Source: Dendrobates tinctorius
Taxonomy: Eukaryota
DNA length: 60,420 nt
Assembly: GCF_039654945.1 (NCBI RefSeq)
Contig: NW_027361881.1
Location: 1,922,001 to 1,982,420, forward strand
Direction of reading: 5' to 3'
Position numbers and translations under genes: made by a program. This document shows positions 24,942 through 41,600 of this stretch, piece after piece (position 1 is the stretch's first letter; every line of letters starts with the position of its first letter). The notes under the pieces are model-generated. The model saw nothing but the letters and a program-made list of their open reading frames with translations. It was not told the origin of the DNA and made no database searches.

Positions 24942-25620
24942 CTACAAGAGAGAGAGAGAGCAGAAATCATGGCCATGAATGTAGGGAGCCCCCGGCAACA
25001 GTAATACACGACATGTACAGCCACATTAATCAAACACTCCAGATTATAAAGAGCCTCACAGTGTGAACAATCAGGGTTCAGCCTCATTGACTTCATTGTG
25101 TGTTTGGGGGAAGCATGAGAGGGTCCCAGAGGGGTCCTAGGAGCATCTGCTGGGTGGTATAATGTTTGCTGGGCGGATCAGCAGATATTTATAATGGTTG
25201 GTATTGAGCTGTGCACCTGTGCCTCCTTCTCACACCGTGCAGCAGGACTCCCAGCACTGAGCAGTCCGTCAGTCCGCTAATATTGTGCCCCTGCGTGACC
25301 AGGGCATACTGCAGAGCGGACAGCGCACAGGTTTATTTTTGCGCAGAGGAGACAGAACATGGCAGCGATTCATCCTCAGCCCCAGAGATCGCTGCAGAAA
25401 TAAAAATAACCTGCGCAGTGCTGCAGCAGAGCCACGTCGCACGCCATGTCCCCTGTGTGTGGCAGGAAGAAATAGGAACAGGAAAGGGGTGACCGGTTGA
25501 GTAACACATCGAGCAGAGATTGAGGGCAGGGACCGCAACGTCGGGAGGATGGGACTCTGCATCCTCCACAGATGTCTCTGCTCCTTCTGCTTCTCCCAGA
25601 GACAAGAGCAAAGGAAACAG

Positions 25621-26391
25621 CTGCAGGGGGCTCAGAGCACAAGAGAGGCTCCCGGGAAACCACAGGACACCGCCTGTCACCGCTCATGATCAATGGTGAC
25701 AATCACTAAGTCCTGAGCAGGGGAGCAGCGCATCAGACCCCTCAGAGTCCCGCAGCGTCCCCCCAACAACAGCACCGGACACCGCAGAGGCAAAGTCACA
25801 CTCCAGTGCTGCAGGGGGCTCAGAGCACAAGAGACGCTCCCGGGAAACCAAAGGACACTGCCTGTCACCGCTCATGATCAACGGTGGCAATCACAACGTC
25901 CTGAGCAGGGGAGCAGCGCATCAGGCCCCCCAGAGTCCCGCAGCATCCCCCCAACAACAGCACCGGACACCGCAGAGGCAAAGTCACACTCCAGTGCTGC
26001 AGGGGGCTCAGAGCACAAGAGACGCTCCCGGGAAACTAAAGGACACTGCCTGTCACCGCTCATGATCAATGGTGGCAATCACAACGTCCTGAGCAGGGGA
26101 GCAGCGCATCAGGCCCCCCAGAGTCCCGCAGCGTCCCCCCAACAACAGCACCGGACACCGCAGAGGCAAAGTCACACTCCAGTGCTGCAGGGGGCTCAGG
26201 GCACAAGAGACGCTCCCGGGAAACCAAAGGACACTGCCTGTCACCGCTCATGATCAATGGTGGCAATCACAACGTCCTGAGCAGGGGAGCAGCGCTTCAG
26301 GCCCCCCAGAGTCTTGCAGCGTCCCCCCAACAACAGCACCGGACACCGCAGAGGCAGAGCACGCAGCTCAGTCACACTCCAGTACTGCAGG
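25621..26391. repeat. 188-bp tandem repeat, ~4 units
   Basis: Near-identical ORFs recur at 25690, 25878 and 26066 (188-bp spacing). Confidence 0.93.
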
Positions 26392-26645
26392 ACCTGTAAA
26401 TCAGCATCCAATCACTACAACCTCACTAATGACTGATACTGATAATGGGGGGAAAAATGCTGCAATCAATGACTGATACTGATAATGGGGGGAGAGATGC
26501 CGCATTCACTACTGACTGATTTTGCTCATTGACCCCTAATAATAATTGTCATAGGTAATAAAGCATTAGATACAGATCACCATTATGGAACAGTTCTAAA
26601 ACTAAATTGTGATTATCAAATAGCAAGTGTCTTACAGACACCACG

Positions 26646-29600
26646 CTGCAGTAACGGCAATGCAATACTGCCCTCTGGTGCACAGATAATACTCTGCAGT
26701 AATATACTGTAATGCTGCCCTCTGGTGCACAGACAATACTCTGCAGTAATATTATACTGTAATACTGCCCTCTGGTGCACAGACAACACTCTGCAGTAAT
26801 ATTATACTGTAATACTGCCCTCTGGTGCACAGATAATACTCTGCAGTAATATACTGCAATGCTGCCCTCTGGTGCACAGATAATACTCTGCAGTAATATA
26901 CTGCAATGCTGCCCTCTGGTGCACAGACAATACTCTGCAGTAATATTATACTGTAATACTGCCCTCTGGTGCACAGACAACACTCTGCAGTAATATTATA
27001 CTGTAATACTGCCCTCTGGTGCACAGATAATACTCTGCAGTAATATTATACTGTAATACTGCCCTCTGGTGCACAGACAATACTCTGCAGTAATATTATA
27101 CTGTAATACTGCCCTCTGGTGCACAGACAACACTCTGCAGTAATATTATACTGTAATACTGCCCTCTGGTGCACAGATAATACTCTGCAGTAATATACTG
27201 CAATGCTGCCCTCTGGTGCACAGATAATACTCTGCAGTAATATACTGCAATGCTGCCCTCTGGTGCACAGATAATACTCTGCAGTAATATTATACTGTAA
27301 TACTGCCCTCTGGTGCACAGACAATACTCTGCAGTAATATTATACTGTAATACAGCCCTCTGGTGCACAGACAAAACTCTGCAGTAATATTATACTGTAA
27401 TACCGCCCTCTGGTGCACAGATAATACTCTGCAGTAATATTATACTGTAATACTGCCCTCTGGTGCACAGACAAAACTCTGCAGTAATATACTGCAATAC
27501 TGCCCTCTGGTGCACAGATAATACTCTGCAGTAATATACTGCAAAACTGCCCTCTGGTGCACAGATAATACTCTGCAGTAATATACTGCAAAACTGCCCT
27601 CTGGTGCACAGATAATACTCTGCAGTAATATTATACTGTAATACTGCCCTCTGGTGCACAGATAATAGTCTGCAGTAATATTATACTGTAATACTGCCCT
27701 CTGGTGCACAGATAATACTCTGCAGTAATATTATACTGTAATACTGCCCTCTGGTGCACAGATAATAGTCTGCAGTAATATTATACTGTAATACAGCCCT
27801 CTGGTGCACAGACAAAACTCTGCAGTAATATTATACTGTAATACCGCCCTCTGGTGCACAGATAATACTCTGCAGTAATATTATACTGTAATACTGCCCT
27901 CTGGTGCACAGACAAAACTCTGCAGTAATATACTGCAATACTGCCCTCTGGTGCACAGATAATACTCTGCAGTAATATACTGCAAAACTGCCCTCTGGTG
28001 CACAGATAATACTCTGCAGTAATATTATACTGTAATACTGCCCTCTGGTGCACAGACAATACTCTGCAGTAATATTATACTGTAATACTGCCCTCTGGTG
28101 CACAGATAATACTCTGCAGTAATATACTGCAATGCTGCCCTCTGGTGCACAGATAATACTCTGCAGTAATATTATACTGTAATACTGCCCTCTGGTGCAC
28201 AGATAATACTCTGCAGTAATATTATACTGCAATGCTGCCCTCTGGTGCACAGACAATACTCTGCAGTAATATTATACTGTAATACTGCCCTCTGGTGCAC
28301 AGATAATACTCTGCAGTAATATTATACTGTAATACTGCCCTCTGGTGCACAGACAAAACTCTGCAGTAATATACTGCAATACTGCCCTCTGGTGCACAGA
28401 TAATACTCTGCAGTAATATACTGCAAAACTGCCCTCTGGTGCACAGATAATACTCTGCAGTAATATACTGCAAAACTGCCCTCTGGTGCACAGATAATAC
28501 TCTGCAGTAATATTATACTGTAATACTGCCCTCTGGTGCACAGATAATAGTCTGCAGTAATATTACACTGTAATACAGCCCTCTGGTGCACAGAAAATAC
28601 TCTGCAGTAATATTATACTGTAATACTGCCCTCTGGTGCACAGATAATACTCTGCAGTAATATACTGCAATACTGCCCTCTGGTGCACAGATAATACTCT
28701 GCAGTAATATTATACTGTGATACTGCCCTCTGGTGCACAGATAATAGTCTGCAGTAATATTATACTGTAATACTGCCCTCTGGTGCACAGATAATAGTCT
28801 GCTGTAATATTATACTATAATACAGCCCTCTGGTGCACAGAAAATACTCTGCAGTAATATTATACTGTAATACTGCCCTCTGGTGCACAGATAATACTCT
28901 GCAGTAATATACTGCAATACTGCCCTCTGGTGCACAGATAATACTCTGCAGTAATATTATACTGTGATACTGCCCTCTGGTGCACAGATAATAGTCTGCA
29001 GTAATATTATACTGTAATACTGCCCTCTGGTGCACAGATAATAGTCTGCTGTAATATTATACTATAATACAGCCCTCTGGTGCACAGAAAATACTCTGCA
29101 GTAATATTATACTGTGATACTGCCCTCTGGTGCACAGATAATAGTCTGCAGTAATATTATACTGTAATACTGCCCTCTGGTGCACAGATAATAGTCTGCA
29201 GTAATATTATACTGTAATACAGCCCTCTGGTGCACAGAAAATACTCTGCAGTAATATTATACTGTAATACTGCCCTCTGGTGCACAGATAATACTCTGCA
29301 GTAATATACTGCAATACTGCCCTCTGGTGCACAGATAATACTCTGCAGTAATATACTGCAAAACTGCCCTCTGGTGCACAGATAATACTCTGCAGTAATA
29401 TTATACTGTAATACTGCCCTCTGGTGCACAGATAATAGTCTGCAGTAATATTATACTGCAATACTGCCCTCTGGTGCACAGATAATAGTCTGCAGTAATA
29501 TTATACTGTAATACTGCCCTCTGGTGCACAGATAATAGTCTGCAGTAATATTATACTGTAATACTGCCCTCTGGTGCACAGATAATAGTCTGCAGTAATA

Positions 29601-32600
29601 TTATACTGTAATACTGCCCTCTGGTGCACAGATAATACTCTGCAGTAATATACTGCAATACTGCCCTCTGGTGCACAGATAATACTCTGCAGTAACACAC
29701 TGCAATACTGCCCTCTGGTGCACAGATAATACTCTGCAGTAATATTATACTGCAATACTGCCCTCTGGTGCACAGACAATACTCTGCAGTAATATAGTGC
29801 AATACTGCCCTCTGGTGCACAGATAATACTCTGCAGTAATATTATACTGTAATACTGCCCTCTGGTGCACACATAATAGTCTGCAGTAATATTATACTGT
29901 AATACTGCCCTCTGGTGCACAGATAATAATCTGCAGTAATATTATACTGTAATACTGCCCTCTGGTGCACAGATAATACTCTGCAGTAATATACTGCAAT
30001 ACTGCCCTCTGGTGCACAGATAATATTCTACAGTAATATACTGCAATACTGCCATCTGGTGGACAGGTAATAGTCTGCAGTAATATTATACTGCAATACT
30101 GCCCTCTGGTGCACATTTAATATTCTGCAGTAATATTATACTGTAATACTGCCCTCTAGTGCACAGATAATACTCTGCAGTAATATTATTCTGTAATACT
30201 GCCCTCTGGTGCACAGATAATATTCTGCAGTAATAAACTGCAATACTGCTCTCTGGTGAACAGATAATACTCTGCAGTAATATTATACTGTAATACTGCC
30301 CTCTGGTGCACAGATAATACTCTGCAGTAATATTATACAGTAATACCGCCCTCTGGTGTCCAGATAATACTCTGCAGTAATATTATACTGTAATACTGCC
30401 CTCTAGTGTCCAGATAATACTCTGCAGTAATATACTGCAATACTGTCCTCTGGTGCACAGATAATATTCTGCAGTAATATACTGCAATACTGCCCTCTGG
30501 TGCACAGATAATACTCTGCAGTAATATACTGTAATACTGCCCTCTGGTGCACAGAAAATAGTCTGCAGTAATATTATACTGCAATGCTGCCCTCTGGTGC
30601 ACAGATAATACTCTGCAGTAATATTATACTGCAATACTGCCCTCTGGTGCACAGATAATACTCTGCAGTAATATTATACAGCAATACTGCCCTCTGGTGC
30701 ACAGATAATATTCTACAGTAATATACTGCAATAATGCCATCTGGTGGACAGGTAATAGTCTGCAGTAATATTATACTGCAATACTGCCCTCTGGTGCACA
30801 TTTAATATTCTGCAGTAATATTATACTGTAATACTGCCCTCTAGTGCACAGATAATACTCTGCAGTAATATTATTCTGTAATACTACCCTCTGGTGCACA
30901 GATAATATTCTGCAGTAATAAACTGCAATGCTGCCCTCTGGTGCACAGATAATACCCTGCAGCAATATACTGCAATACTGCCCTCTGGTGCACAGATAAT
31001 ACTCTGCAGTAATATTATACTGTAATACCGCCCTCTAGTGTCCAGATAATTGTCTGCAGTAATATTATACTGTAATACCGCCCTCTAGTGTCCAGATAAT
31101 AGTCTGCAGTAATATTATACTGTAATACCGCCCTCTAGTGTCCAGATAATACTCTGCAGTAATATTATACTGTAATACCGCCCTCTAGTGTCCAGATAAT
31201 ACTCTGCAGTAATATTATACTGTAATACCGCCCTCTGATGTCCAGATAATAGTCTGCAGTAATATTATACTGTAATACCGTCCTCTAGTGTCGAGATAAT
31301 ACTCTGCAGTAATATTATACTGTAATACCGCCCTCTGATGTCCAGATAATACTCTGCAGTAATATTATACTGTAATACCGCCCTCTGATGTCCAGATAAT
31401 AGTCTGCAGTAATATTATACTGTAATACTGCCTTCTGATGTCCAGATAATACTCTGCAGTAATATTATACTGTAATACCGCCCTCTAGTGTCCAGATAAT
31501 ACTCTGCAGTAATATTATACTGTAATACTGCCCTCTGATGTCCAGATAATACTCTGCAGTAATATTATACTGTAATACCGCCCTCTGATGTCCAGATAAG
31601 TCTGCAGTAATATTATACTGTAATACCGCCCTCTAGTGTCCAGATAATACTCTGCAGTAATATTATACTGTAATACCGCCCTCTGATGTCCAGATAATAC
31701 TCTGCAGTAATATTATACTGTAATACCGCCCTCTGATGTCCAGATAATACTCTGCAGTAATATTATACTGTAATACCGCCCTCTAGTGTCCAGATAATAC
31801 TCTGCAGTAATATTATACTGTAATACCGCCCTCTAGTGTCCAGATAATAGTCTGCAGTAATATTATACTGTAATACCGCCCTCTAGTGTCCAGATAATAC
31901 TCTGCAGTAATATTATACTGTAATACTGCCTTCTGATGTCCAGATAATACTCTGCAGTAATATTATACTGTAATACCGCCCTCTAGTGTCCAGATAATAC
32001 TCTGCAGTAATATTATACTGTAATACCGCCCTCTAGTGTCCAGATAATAGTCTGCAGTAATATTATACTGTAATACCGCCCTCTAGTGTCCAGATAATAC
32101 TCTGCAGTAATATTATACTGTAATACTGCCTTCTGATGTCCAGAAAATACTCTGCAGTAATATTATACTGTAATACCGCCCTCTAGTGTCCAGATAATAC
32201 TCTGCAGAAATATTATACTGTAATACCGCCCTCTAGTGTCCAGATAATACTCTGCAGTAATATTATACTGTAATACCGCCCTCTGATGTCCAGATAATAC
32301 TCTGCAGTAATATTATACTGTAATACTGCCCTCTAGTGTCCAGATAATACTCTGCAGTAATATTATGCTGTAATACCGCCCTCTGGTGTCCAGATAATAC
32401 TCTGCAGAAATATTATACTGTAATACCGCCCTCTAGTGTCCAGATAATACTCTGCAGAAATATTATACTGTAATACCGCCCTCTAGTGTCCAGATAATAC
32501 TCTGCAGTAATATTATACTGTAATACTGCCCTCTAGTGTCCAGATAATACTCTGCAGTAATATTACACTGTAATACCGCCTTCTGATGTCCAGATAATAC

Positions 32601-35600
32601 TCTGCAGTAATATTATACTGTAATACTGCCCTCTAGTGTCCAGATAATACTCTGCAGTAATATTATGCTGTAATACCGCCCTCTGGTGTCCAGATAATAC
32701 TCTGCAGTAATATACTGCAATACTGCCCTCTGGTGCACAGATAATACTCTGCAGTAATATACTGTAATACTGCCCTCTGGTGCACAGATAATAGTCTGCA
32801 GTAATATTATACTGCAATGCTGCCCTCTGGTGCACAGATAAAACTCTGCAGTAATATTATACTGCAATACTGCCCTCTGGTGCACAGATAATACTCTGCA
32901 GTAATATTATACTGCAATACTGCCCTCTGGTGCACAGATAATACTCTGCAGTAATATTATTCTGTAATACTGCCCTCTGGTGAACAGATAATACTCTGCA
33001 GTAACATACTGCAATACTGCCCTCTGGTGCACAGATAATATTCTGCAGTAATATTATACTGTAATACTGCCCTGTGGTGCACAGATAATAGTCTGCAGCA
33101 ATATACTGCAATACTGCCCTCTGGTGCACAGATAATACTCTGCAGTAATATTATACTGTAATACCGCCCTCTAGTGTCCAGATAATTGTCTGCAGTAATA
33201 TTATACTGTAATACCGCCCTCTAGTGTCCAGATAATAGTCTGCAGTAATATTGTACTGTAATACCGCCCTCTAGTGTCCAGATAATACTCTGCAGTAATA
33301 TTATACTGTAATACCGCCCTCTAGTGTCCAGATAATACTCTGCAGTAATATTATACTGTAATACCGCCCTCTAGTGTCGAGATAATACTCTGCAGTAATA
33401 TTATACTGTAATACCGCCCTCTGATGTCCAGATAATACTCTACAGTAATATTATACTGTAATACCGCCCTCTAGTGTCGAGATAATACTCTGCAGTAATA
33501 TTATACTGTAATACCGCCCTCTGATGTCCAGATAATAGTCTGCAGTAATATTATACTGTAATACCGCCCTCTGATGTCCAGATAATAGTCTGCAGTAATA
33601 TTATACTGTAATACCGCCCTCTAGTGTCGAGATAATACTCTGCAGTAATATTATACTGTAATACCGCCCTCTGATGTCCAGATAATACTCTACAGTAATA
33701 TTATACTGTAATACCGCCCTCTAGTGTCGAGATAATACTCTGCAGTAATATTATACTGTAATACCGCCCTCTGATGTCCAGATAATAGTCTGCAGTAATA
33801 TTATACTGTAATACCGCCCTCTGATGTCCAGATAATACTCTGCAGTAATATTATACTGTAATACCGCCCTCTAGTGTTGAGATAATACTCTGCAGTAATA
33901 TTATACTGTAATACCGCCCTCTAGTGTCGAGATAATACTCTGCAGTAATATTATACTGTAATACCGCCCTCTGATGTCCAGATAATAGTCTGCAGTAATA
34001 TTATACTGTAATACCGCCCTCTAGTGTCGAGATAATACTCTGCAGTAATATTATACTGTAATACCGCCCTCTGATGTCCAGATAATACTCTGCAGTAATA
34101 TTATACTGTAATACCGCCCTCTAGTGTTGAGATAATACTCTGCAGTAATATTATACTGTAATACCGCCCTCTAGTGTTGAGATAATACTCTGCAGTAATA
34201 TTATACTGTAATACCGCCCTCTAGTGTCGAGATAATACTCTGCAGTAATATTATACTGTAATACCGCCCTCTAGTGTCGAGATAATACTCTGCAGTAATA
34301 TTATACTGTAATACCGCCCTCTGATGTCCAGATAATACTCTGCAGTAATATTATACTGTAATACCGCCCTCTGATGTCCAGATAATACTCTGCAGTAATA
34401 TTATACTGTAATACCGCCCTCTGATGTCCAGATAATACTCTGCAGTAATATTACACTGTAATACCGCCCTCTGATGTCCAGATAATAGTCTGCAGTAATA
34501 TTATACTGTAATACCGCCCTCTAGTGTCCAGATAATACTCTGCAGTAATATTATACTGTAATACCGCCCTCTGATGTCCAAATAATACTCTGCAGTAATA
34601 TTATACTGTAATACCGCCCTCTGATGTCCAGATAATAGTCTGCAGTAATATTATACTGTAATACTGCCTTCTGATGTCCAGATAACACTCTGCAGTAATA
34701 TTATACTGTAATACCGCCCTCTAGTGTCCAGATAATACTCTGCAGTAATATTATACTGTAATACCGCCCTCTGATGTCCAGATAATACTCTGCAGAAATA
34801 TTATACTGTAATACCGCCCTCTAGTGTCCAGATAATAGTCTGCAGTAATATTATACTGTAATACCGCCCTCTAGTGTCCAGATAATACTCTGCAGTAATA
34901 TACTGTAATACTGCCTTCTGATGTCCAGATAATACTCTGCAGTAATATTATACTGTAATACCGCCCTCTGATGTCCAGATAATACTCTGCAGTAATATTA
35001 TACTGTAATACCGCCCTCTAGTGTCCAGATAATACTCTGCAGAAATATTATACTGTAATACCGCCCTCTAGTGTCCAGATAATACTCTGCAGTAATATTA
35101 TACTGTAATACTGCCTTCTGATGTCCAGATAATACTCTGCAGTAATATTATACTGTAATACCGCCCTCTAGTGTCCAGATAATACTCTGCAGAAATATTA
35201 TACTGTAATACCGCCCTCTAGTGTCCAGATAATACTCTGCAGTAATATTATACTGTAATACTGCCCTCTAGTGTCCAGATAATACTCTGCAGTAATATTA
35301 CACTGTAATACTGCCTTCTGATGTCCAGATAATACTCTGCAGTAATATTATACTGTAATACTGCCCTCTAGTGTCCAGATAATACTCTGCAGTAATATTA
35401 TACTGTAATACCGCCCTCTGGTGTCTAGATAATACTCTGCAGTAATATACTGCAATACTGCCCTCTGGTGCACAGATAATACTCTGCAGTAATATACAGT
35501 AATACTGCCCTCTGGTGCACAGATAATACTCTGCAGTAATATTATACTGCAATGCTGCCCTCTGATGCACAGATAATACTCTGCAGTAATATTACACTCT

Positions 35601-38600
35601 AATACTGCCTTCTGATGTCCAGATAATACTCTGCAGTAATATTATACTGTAATACTGCCCTCTAGTGTCCAGATAATACTCTGCAGTAATATTATACTGT
35701 AATACCGCCCTCTGGTGTCCAGATAATACTCTGCAGTAATATACTGCAATACTGCCCTCTGGTGCACAGATAATACTCTGCAGTAATATACAGTAATACT
35801 GCCCTCTGGTGCACAGATAATACTCTGCAGTAATATTATACTGCAATACTGCCCTCTGATGCACAGATAATACTCTGCAGTAATATTATACTGCAATACT
35901 ACCCTCTGGTGCACAGATAATACTCTGCAGTAATATTATTCTGTAATACTGCCCTCTGGTGCACAGATAATATTCTGCAGTAATATTATACTGTAATACT
36001 GCCCTCTGGTGCACAGATAATAGTCTGCAGTAATATTATACTGTAATACTGCCCTCTGGTGCACAGATAATAGTCTGCAGTAATATTATACTGCAATGCT
36101 GTCCTCTGGTGCACAGATAATAGTCTGCAGTAATATTATACTGTAATACTGCCCTCTGGTGCACAGATAATAGTCTGCAGTAATATTATACTGTAATACT
36201 GCCCTGTGGTGCACAGATAATACTCTGCAGTAATATTATACTGTAATACCGCCCTCTGATGTCCAGATAATACTCTGCAGCAATATACTGCAATACTGCC
36301 CTCTGGTGCACAGATAATACTCTGCAGTAATATTATACTGTAATACCGCCCTCTAGTGTCCAAATAATACTCTGCAGTAATATTATACTGTAATACCGCC
36401 CTCTGATGTCCAGATAATAGTCTGCAGTAATATTATACTGTAATACCGCCCTCTAGTGTCGAGATAATACTCTGCAGTAATATTATACTGTAATACCGCC
36501 CTCTGATGTCCAGATAATACTCTACAGTAATATTATACTGTAATACCGCCCTCTAGTGTCGAGATAATACTCTGCAGTAATATTATACTGTAATACCGCC
36601 CTCTGATGTCCAGATAATAGTCTGCAGTAATATTATACTGTAATACCGCCCTCTAGTGTCGAGATAATACTCTGCAGTAATATTATACTGTAATACCGCC
36701 CTCTGATGTCCAGATAATACTCTGCAGTAATATTATACAGTAATACCGCCCTCTAGTGTTGAGATAATACTCTGCAGTAATATTATACTGTAATACCGCC
36801 CTCTAGTGTCGAGATAATACTCTGCAGTAATATTATACTGTAATACCGCCCTCTGATGTCCAGATAATAGTCTGCAGTAATATTATACTGTAATACCGCC
36901 CTCTAGTGTCGAGATAATACTCTGCAGTAATATTATACTGTAATACCGTCCTCTGATGTCCAGATAATACTCTGCAGTAATATTATACTGTAATACCGCC
37001 CTCTAGTGTTGAGATAATACTCTGCAGTAATATTATACTGTAATACCGCCCTCTAGTGTTGAGATAATACTCTGCAGTAATATTATACTGTAATACCGCC
37101 CTCTAGTGTTGAGATAATACTCTGCAGTAATATTATACTGTAATACCGCCCTCTAGTGTCGAGATAATACTCTGCAGTAATATTATACTGTAATACCGCC
37201 CTCTAGTGTCCAGATAATACTCTGCAGTAATATTATACTGTAATACCGCCCTCTGATGTCCAGATAATACTCTGCAGTAATATTATACTGTAATACCGCC
37301 CTCTGATGTCCAGATAATACTCTGCAGTAATATTATACTGTAATATCGCCCTCTGATGTCCAGATAATACTCTGCAGTAATATTATACTGTAATACCGCC
37401 CTCTGATGTCCAGATAATACTCTGCAGTAATATTATACTGTAATACCGCCCTCTGATGTCCAGATAATAGTCTGCAGTAATATTATACTGTAATATCGCC
37501 CTCTGATGTCCAGATAATACTCTGCAGTAATATTATACTGTAATACTGCCCTCTAGTGTCGAGATAATACTCTGCAGTAATATTATACTGTAATACCGCC
37601 CTCTGATGTCCAGATAATACTCTACAGTAATATTATACTGTAATACCGCCCTCTAGTGTCGAGATAATACTCTGCAGTAATATTATACTGTAATACCGCC
37701 CTCTGATGTCCAGATAATAGTCTGCAGTAATATTATACTGTAATACCGCCCTCTAGTGTCGAGATAATACTCTGCAGTAATATTATACTGTAATACCGCC
37801 CTCTGATGTCCAGATAATACTCTGCAGTAATATTATACAGTAATACCGCCCTCTAGTGTTGAGATAATACTCTGCAGTAATATTATACTGTAATACCGCC
37901 CTCTAGTGTCGAGATAATACTCTGCAGTAATATTATACTGTAATACCGCCCTCTGATGTCCAGATAATAGTCTGCAGTAATATTATACTGTAATACCGCC
38001 CTCTAGTGTCGAGATAATACTCTGCAGTAATATTATACTGTAATACCGTCCTCTGATGTCCAGATAATACTCTGCAGTAATATTATACTGTAATACCGCC
38101 CTCTAGTGTTGAGATAATACTCTGCAGTAATATTATACTGTAATACCGCCCTCTAGTGTTGAGATAATACTCTGCAGTAATATTATACTGTAATACCGCC
38201 CTCTAGTGTTGAGATAATACTCTGCAGTAATATTATACTGTAATACCGCCCTCTAGTGTCGAGATAATACTCTGCAGTAATATTATACTGTAATACCGCC
38301 CTCTAGTGTCCAGATAATACTCTGCAGTAATATTATACTGTAATACCGCCCTCTGATGTCCAGATAATACTCTGCAGTAATATTATACTGTAATACCGCC
38401 CTCTGATGTCCAGATAATACTCTGCAGTAATATTATACTGTAATATCGCCCTCTGATGTCCAGATAATACTCTGCAGTAATATTATACTGTAATACCGCC
38501 CTCTGATGTCCAGATAATACTCTGCAGTAATATTATACTGTAATACCGCCCTCTGATGTCCAGATAATAGTCTGCAGTAATATTATACTGTAATACTGCC

Positions 38601-41600
38601 TTCTGATGTCCAGATAATAGTCTGCAGTAATATTATACTGTAATACCGCCCTCTAGTGTCCAGATAATACTCTGCAGTAATATTATACTGTAATACCGCC
38701 CTCTGATGTCCAGATAATAGTCTGCAGTAATATTATACTGTAATACCGCCCTCTAGTGTCCAGATAATACTCTGCAGTAATATTATACTGTAATACCGCC
38801 CTCTGATGTCCAGATAATACTCTGCAGTAATATTATACTGTAATACCGCCCTCTGATGTCCAGATAATAGTCTGCAGTAATATTATACTGTAATACTGCC
38901 TTCTGATGTCCAGATAACACTCTGCAGTAATATTATACTGTAATACCGCCCTCTAGTGTCCAGATAATACTCTGCAGTAATATTATACTGTAATACCGCC
39001 CTCTGATGTCCACATAATACTCTGCAGAAATATTATACTGTAATACCGCCCTCTAGTGTCCAGATAATAGTCTGCAGTAATATTATACTGTAATACCGCC
39101 CTCTAGTGTCCAGATAATACTCTGCAGTAATATACTGTAATACTGCCTTCTGATGTCCAGATAATACTCTGCAGTAATATTATACTGTAATACCGCCCTC
39201 TAGTGTCCAGATAATACTCTGCAGAAATATTATACTGTAATACCGCCCTCTAGTGTCCAGATAATACTCTGTAGTAATATTATACTGTAATACTGCCCTC
39301 TAGTGTCCAGATAATACTCTGCAGTAATATTACACTGTAATACTGCCTTCTGATGTCCAGATAATACTCTGCAGTAATATTATACTGTAATACTGCCTTC
39401 TAGTGTCCAGATAATACTCTGCAGTAATATTATACTGTAATACCGCCCTCTGGTGTCTAGATAATACTCTGCAGTAATATACTGTAATACTGCCCTCTGG
39501 TGCACAGATAATACTCTGCAGTAATATTATACTGCAATGCTGCCCTCTGATGCACAGATAATACTCTGCAGTAATATTATACTGTAATACTGCCCTCTAG
39601 TGTTCAGATAATACTCTGCAGTAATATTATACTGTAATACCGCCCTCTGGTGTCCAGATAATACTCTGCAGTAATATACTGCAATACTGCCCTCTGGTGC
39701 ACAGATAATACTCTGCAGTAATATACAGTAATACTGCCCTCTGGTGCACAGATAATACTCTGCAGTAATATTATACTGCAATACTGCCCTCTGATGCACA
39801 GATAATACTCTGCAGTAATATTATACTGCAATACTGCCCTCTGGTGCACAGATAATACTCTGCAGTAATATTATTCTGTAATACTGCCCTCTGGTGCACA
39901 GATAATATTCTGCAGTAATATTATACTGTAATACTGCCCTCTGGTGCACAGATAATAGTCTGCAGTAATATTATACTGTAATACTGCCCTCTGGTGCACA
40001 GATAATAGTCTGCAGTAATATTATACTGCAATGCTGCCCTCTGGTGCACAGATAATAGTCTGCAGTAATATTATACTGTAATACTGCCCTGTGGTGCACA
40101 GATAATACTCTGCAGTAATATTATACTGTAATACCGCCCTCTGATGTCCAGATAATACTCTGCAGCAATATACTGCAATACTGCCCTCTGGTGCACAGAT
40201 AATACTCTGCAGTAATATTATACTGTAATACCGCCCTCTAGTGTCCAGATAATTGTCTGCAGTAATATTATACTGTAATACCGCCCTCTAGTGTCCAGAT
40301 AATAGTCTGCAGTAATATTATACTGTAATACCGCCCTCTAGTGTCCAGATAATACTCTGCAGTAATATTATACTGTAATACCGCCCTCTAGTGTCCAGAT
40401 AATACTCTGCAGTAATATTATACTGTAATACGGCCCTCTGATGTCCAGATAATAGTCTGCAGTAATATTATACTGTAATACCGCCCTCTAGTGTCGAGAT
40501 AATACTCTGCAGTAATATTATACTGTAATACCGCCCTCTGATGTCCAGATAATACTCTGCAGTAATATTATACTGTAATACCGCCCTCTGATGTCCAGAT
40601 AATAGTCTGCAGTAATATTATACTGTAATACCGCCCTCTAGTGTCGAGAAAATACTCTGCAGTAATATTATACTGTAATACCGCCCTCTGATGTCCAGAT
40701 AATACTCTGCAGTAATATTATACTGTAATACCGCCCTCTGATGTCCAGATAATACTCTGCAGTAATATTATACTGTAATACCGCCCTCTAGTGTCGAGAT
40801 AATACTCTGCAGTAATATTATACTGTAATACCGCCCTCTGATGTCCAGATAATACTCTGCAGTAATATTATACTGTAATACCGCCCTCTAGTGTCGAGAA
40901 AATACTCTGCAGTAATATTATACTGTAATACCGCCCTCTGATGTCCAGATAATACTCTGCAGTAATATTATACTGTAATACCGCCCTCTGATGTCCAGAT
41001 AATACTCTGCAGTAATATTATACTGTAATACCGCCCTCTAGTGTCGAGATAATACTCTGCAGTAATATTATACTGTAATACCGCCCTCTGATGTCCAGAT
41101 AATACTCTGCAGTAATATTATACTGTAATACCGCCCTCTGATGTCCAGATAATAGTCTGCAGTAATATTATACTGTAATACCGCCCTCTAGTGTCGAGAT
41201 AATACTCTGCAGTAATATTATACTGTAATACCGCCCTCTGATGTCCAGATAATTTTCCGCAGTAATATTATACTGTAATACCGCCCTCTGATGTCCAGAT
41301 AATAGTCTGCAGTAATATTATACTGTAATACCGCCCTCTGATGTCCAGATAATACTCTGCAGTAATATTATACTGTAATACCGCCCTCTGATGTCCAGAT
41401 AATACTCTGCAGTAATATTATACTGTAATACCGCCCTCTGATGTCCAGATAAAAGTCTGCAGTAATATTATACTGTAATACCGCCCTCTGATGTCCAGAT
41501 AATACTCTGCAGTAATATTATACTGTAATACCGCCCTCTGATGTCCAGATAATTTTCCGCAGTAATATTATACTGTAATACCGCCCTCTGATGTCCAGAT

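Noticed and set aside
26549-39849. Recurrent Cys/Tyr-rich short ORFs
   Set aside because: Translation of the 50-bp satellite; the unit is not a multiple of 3
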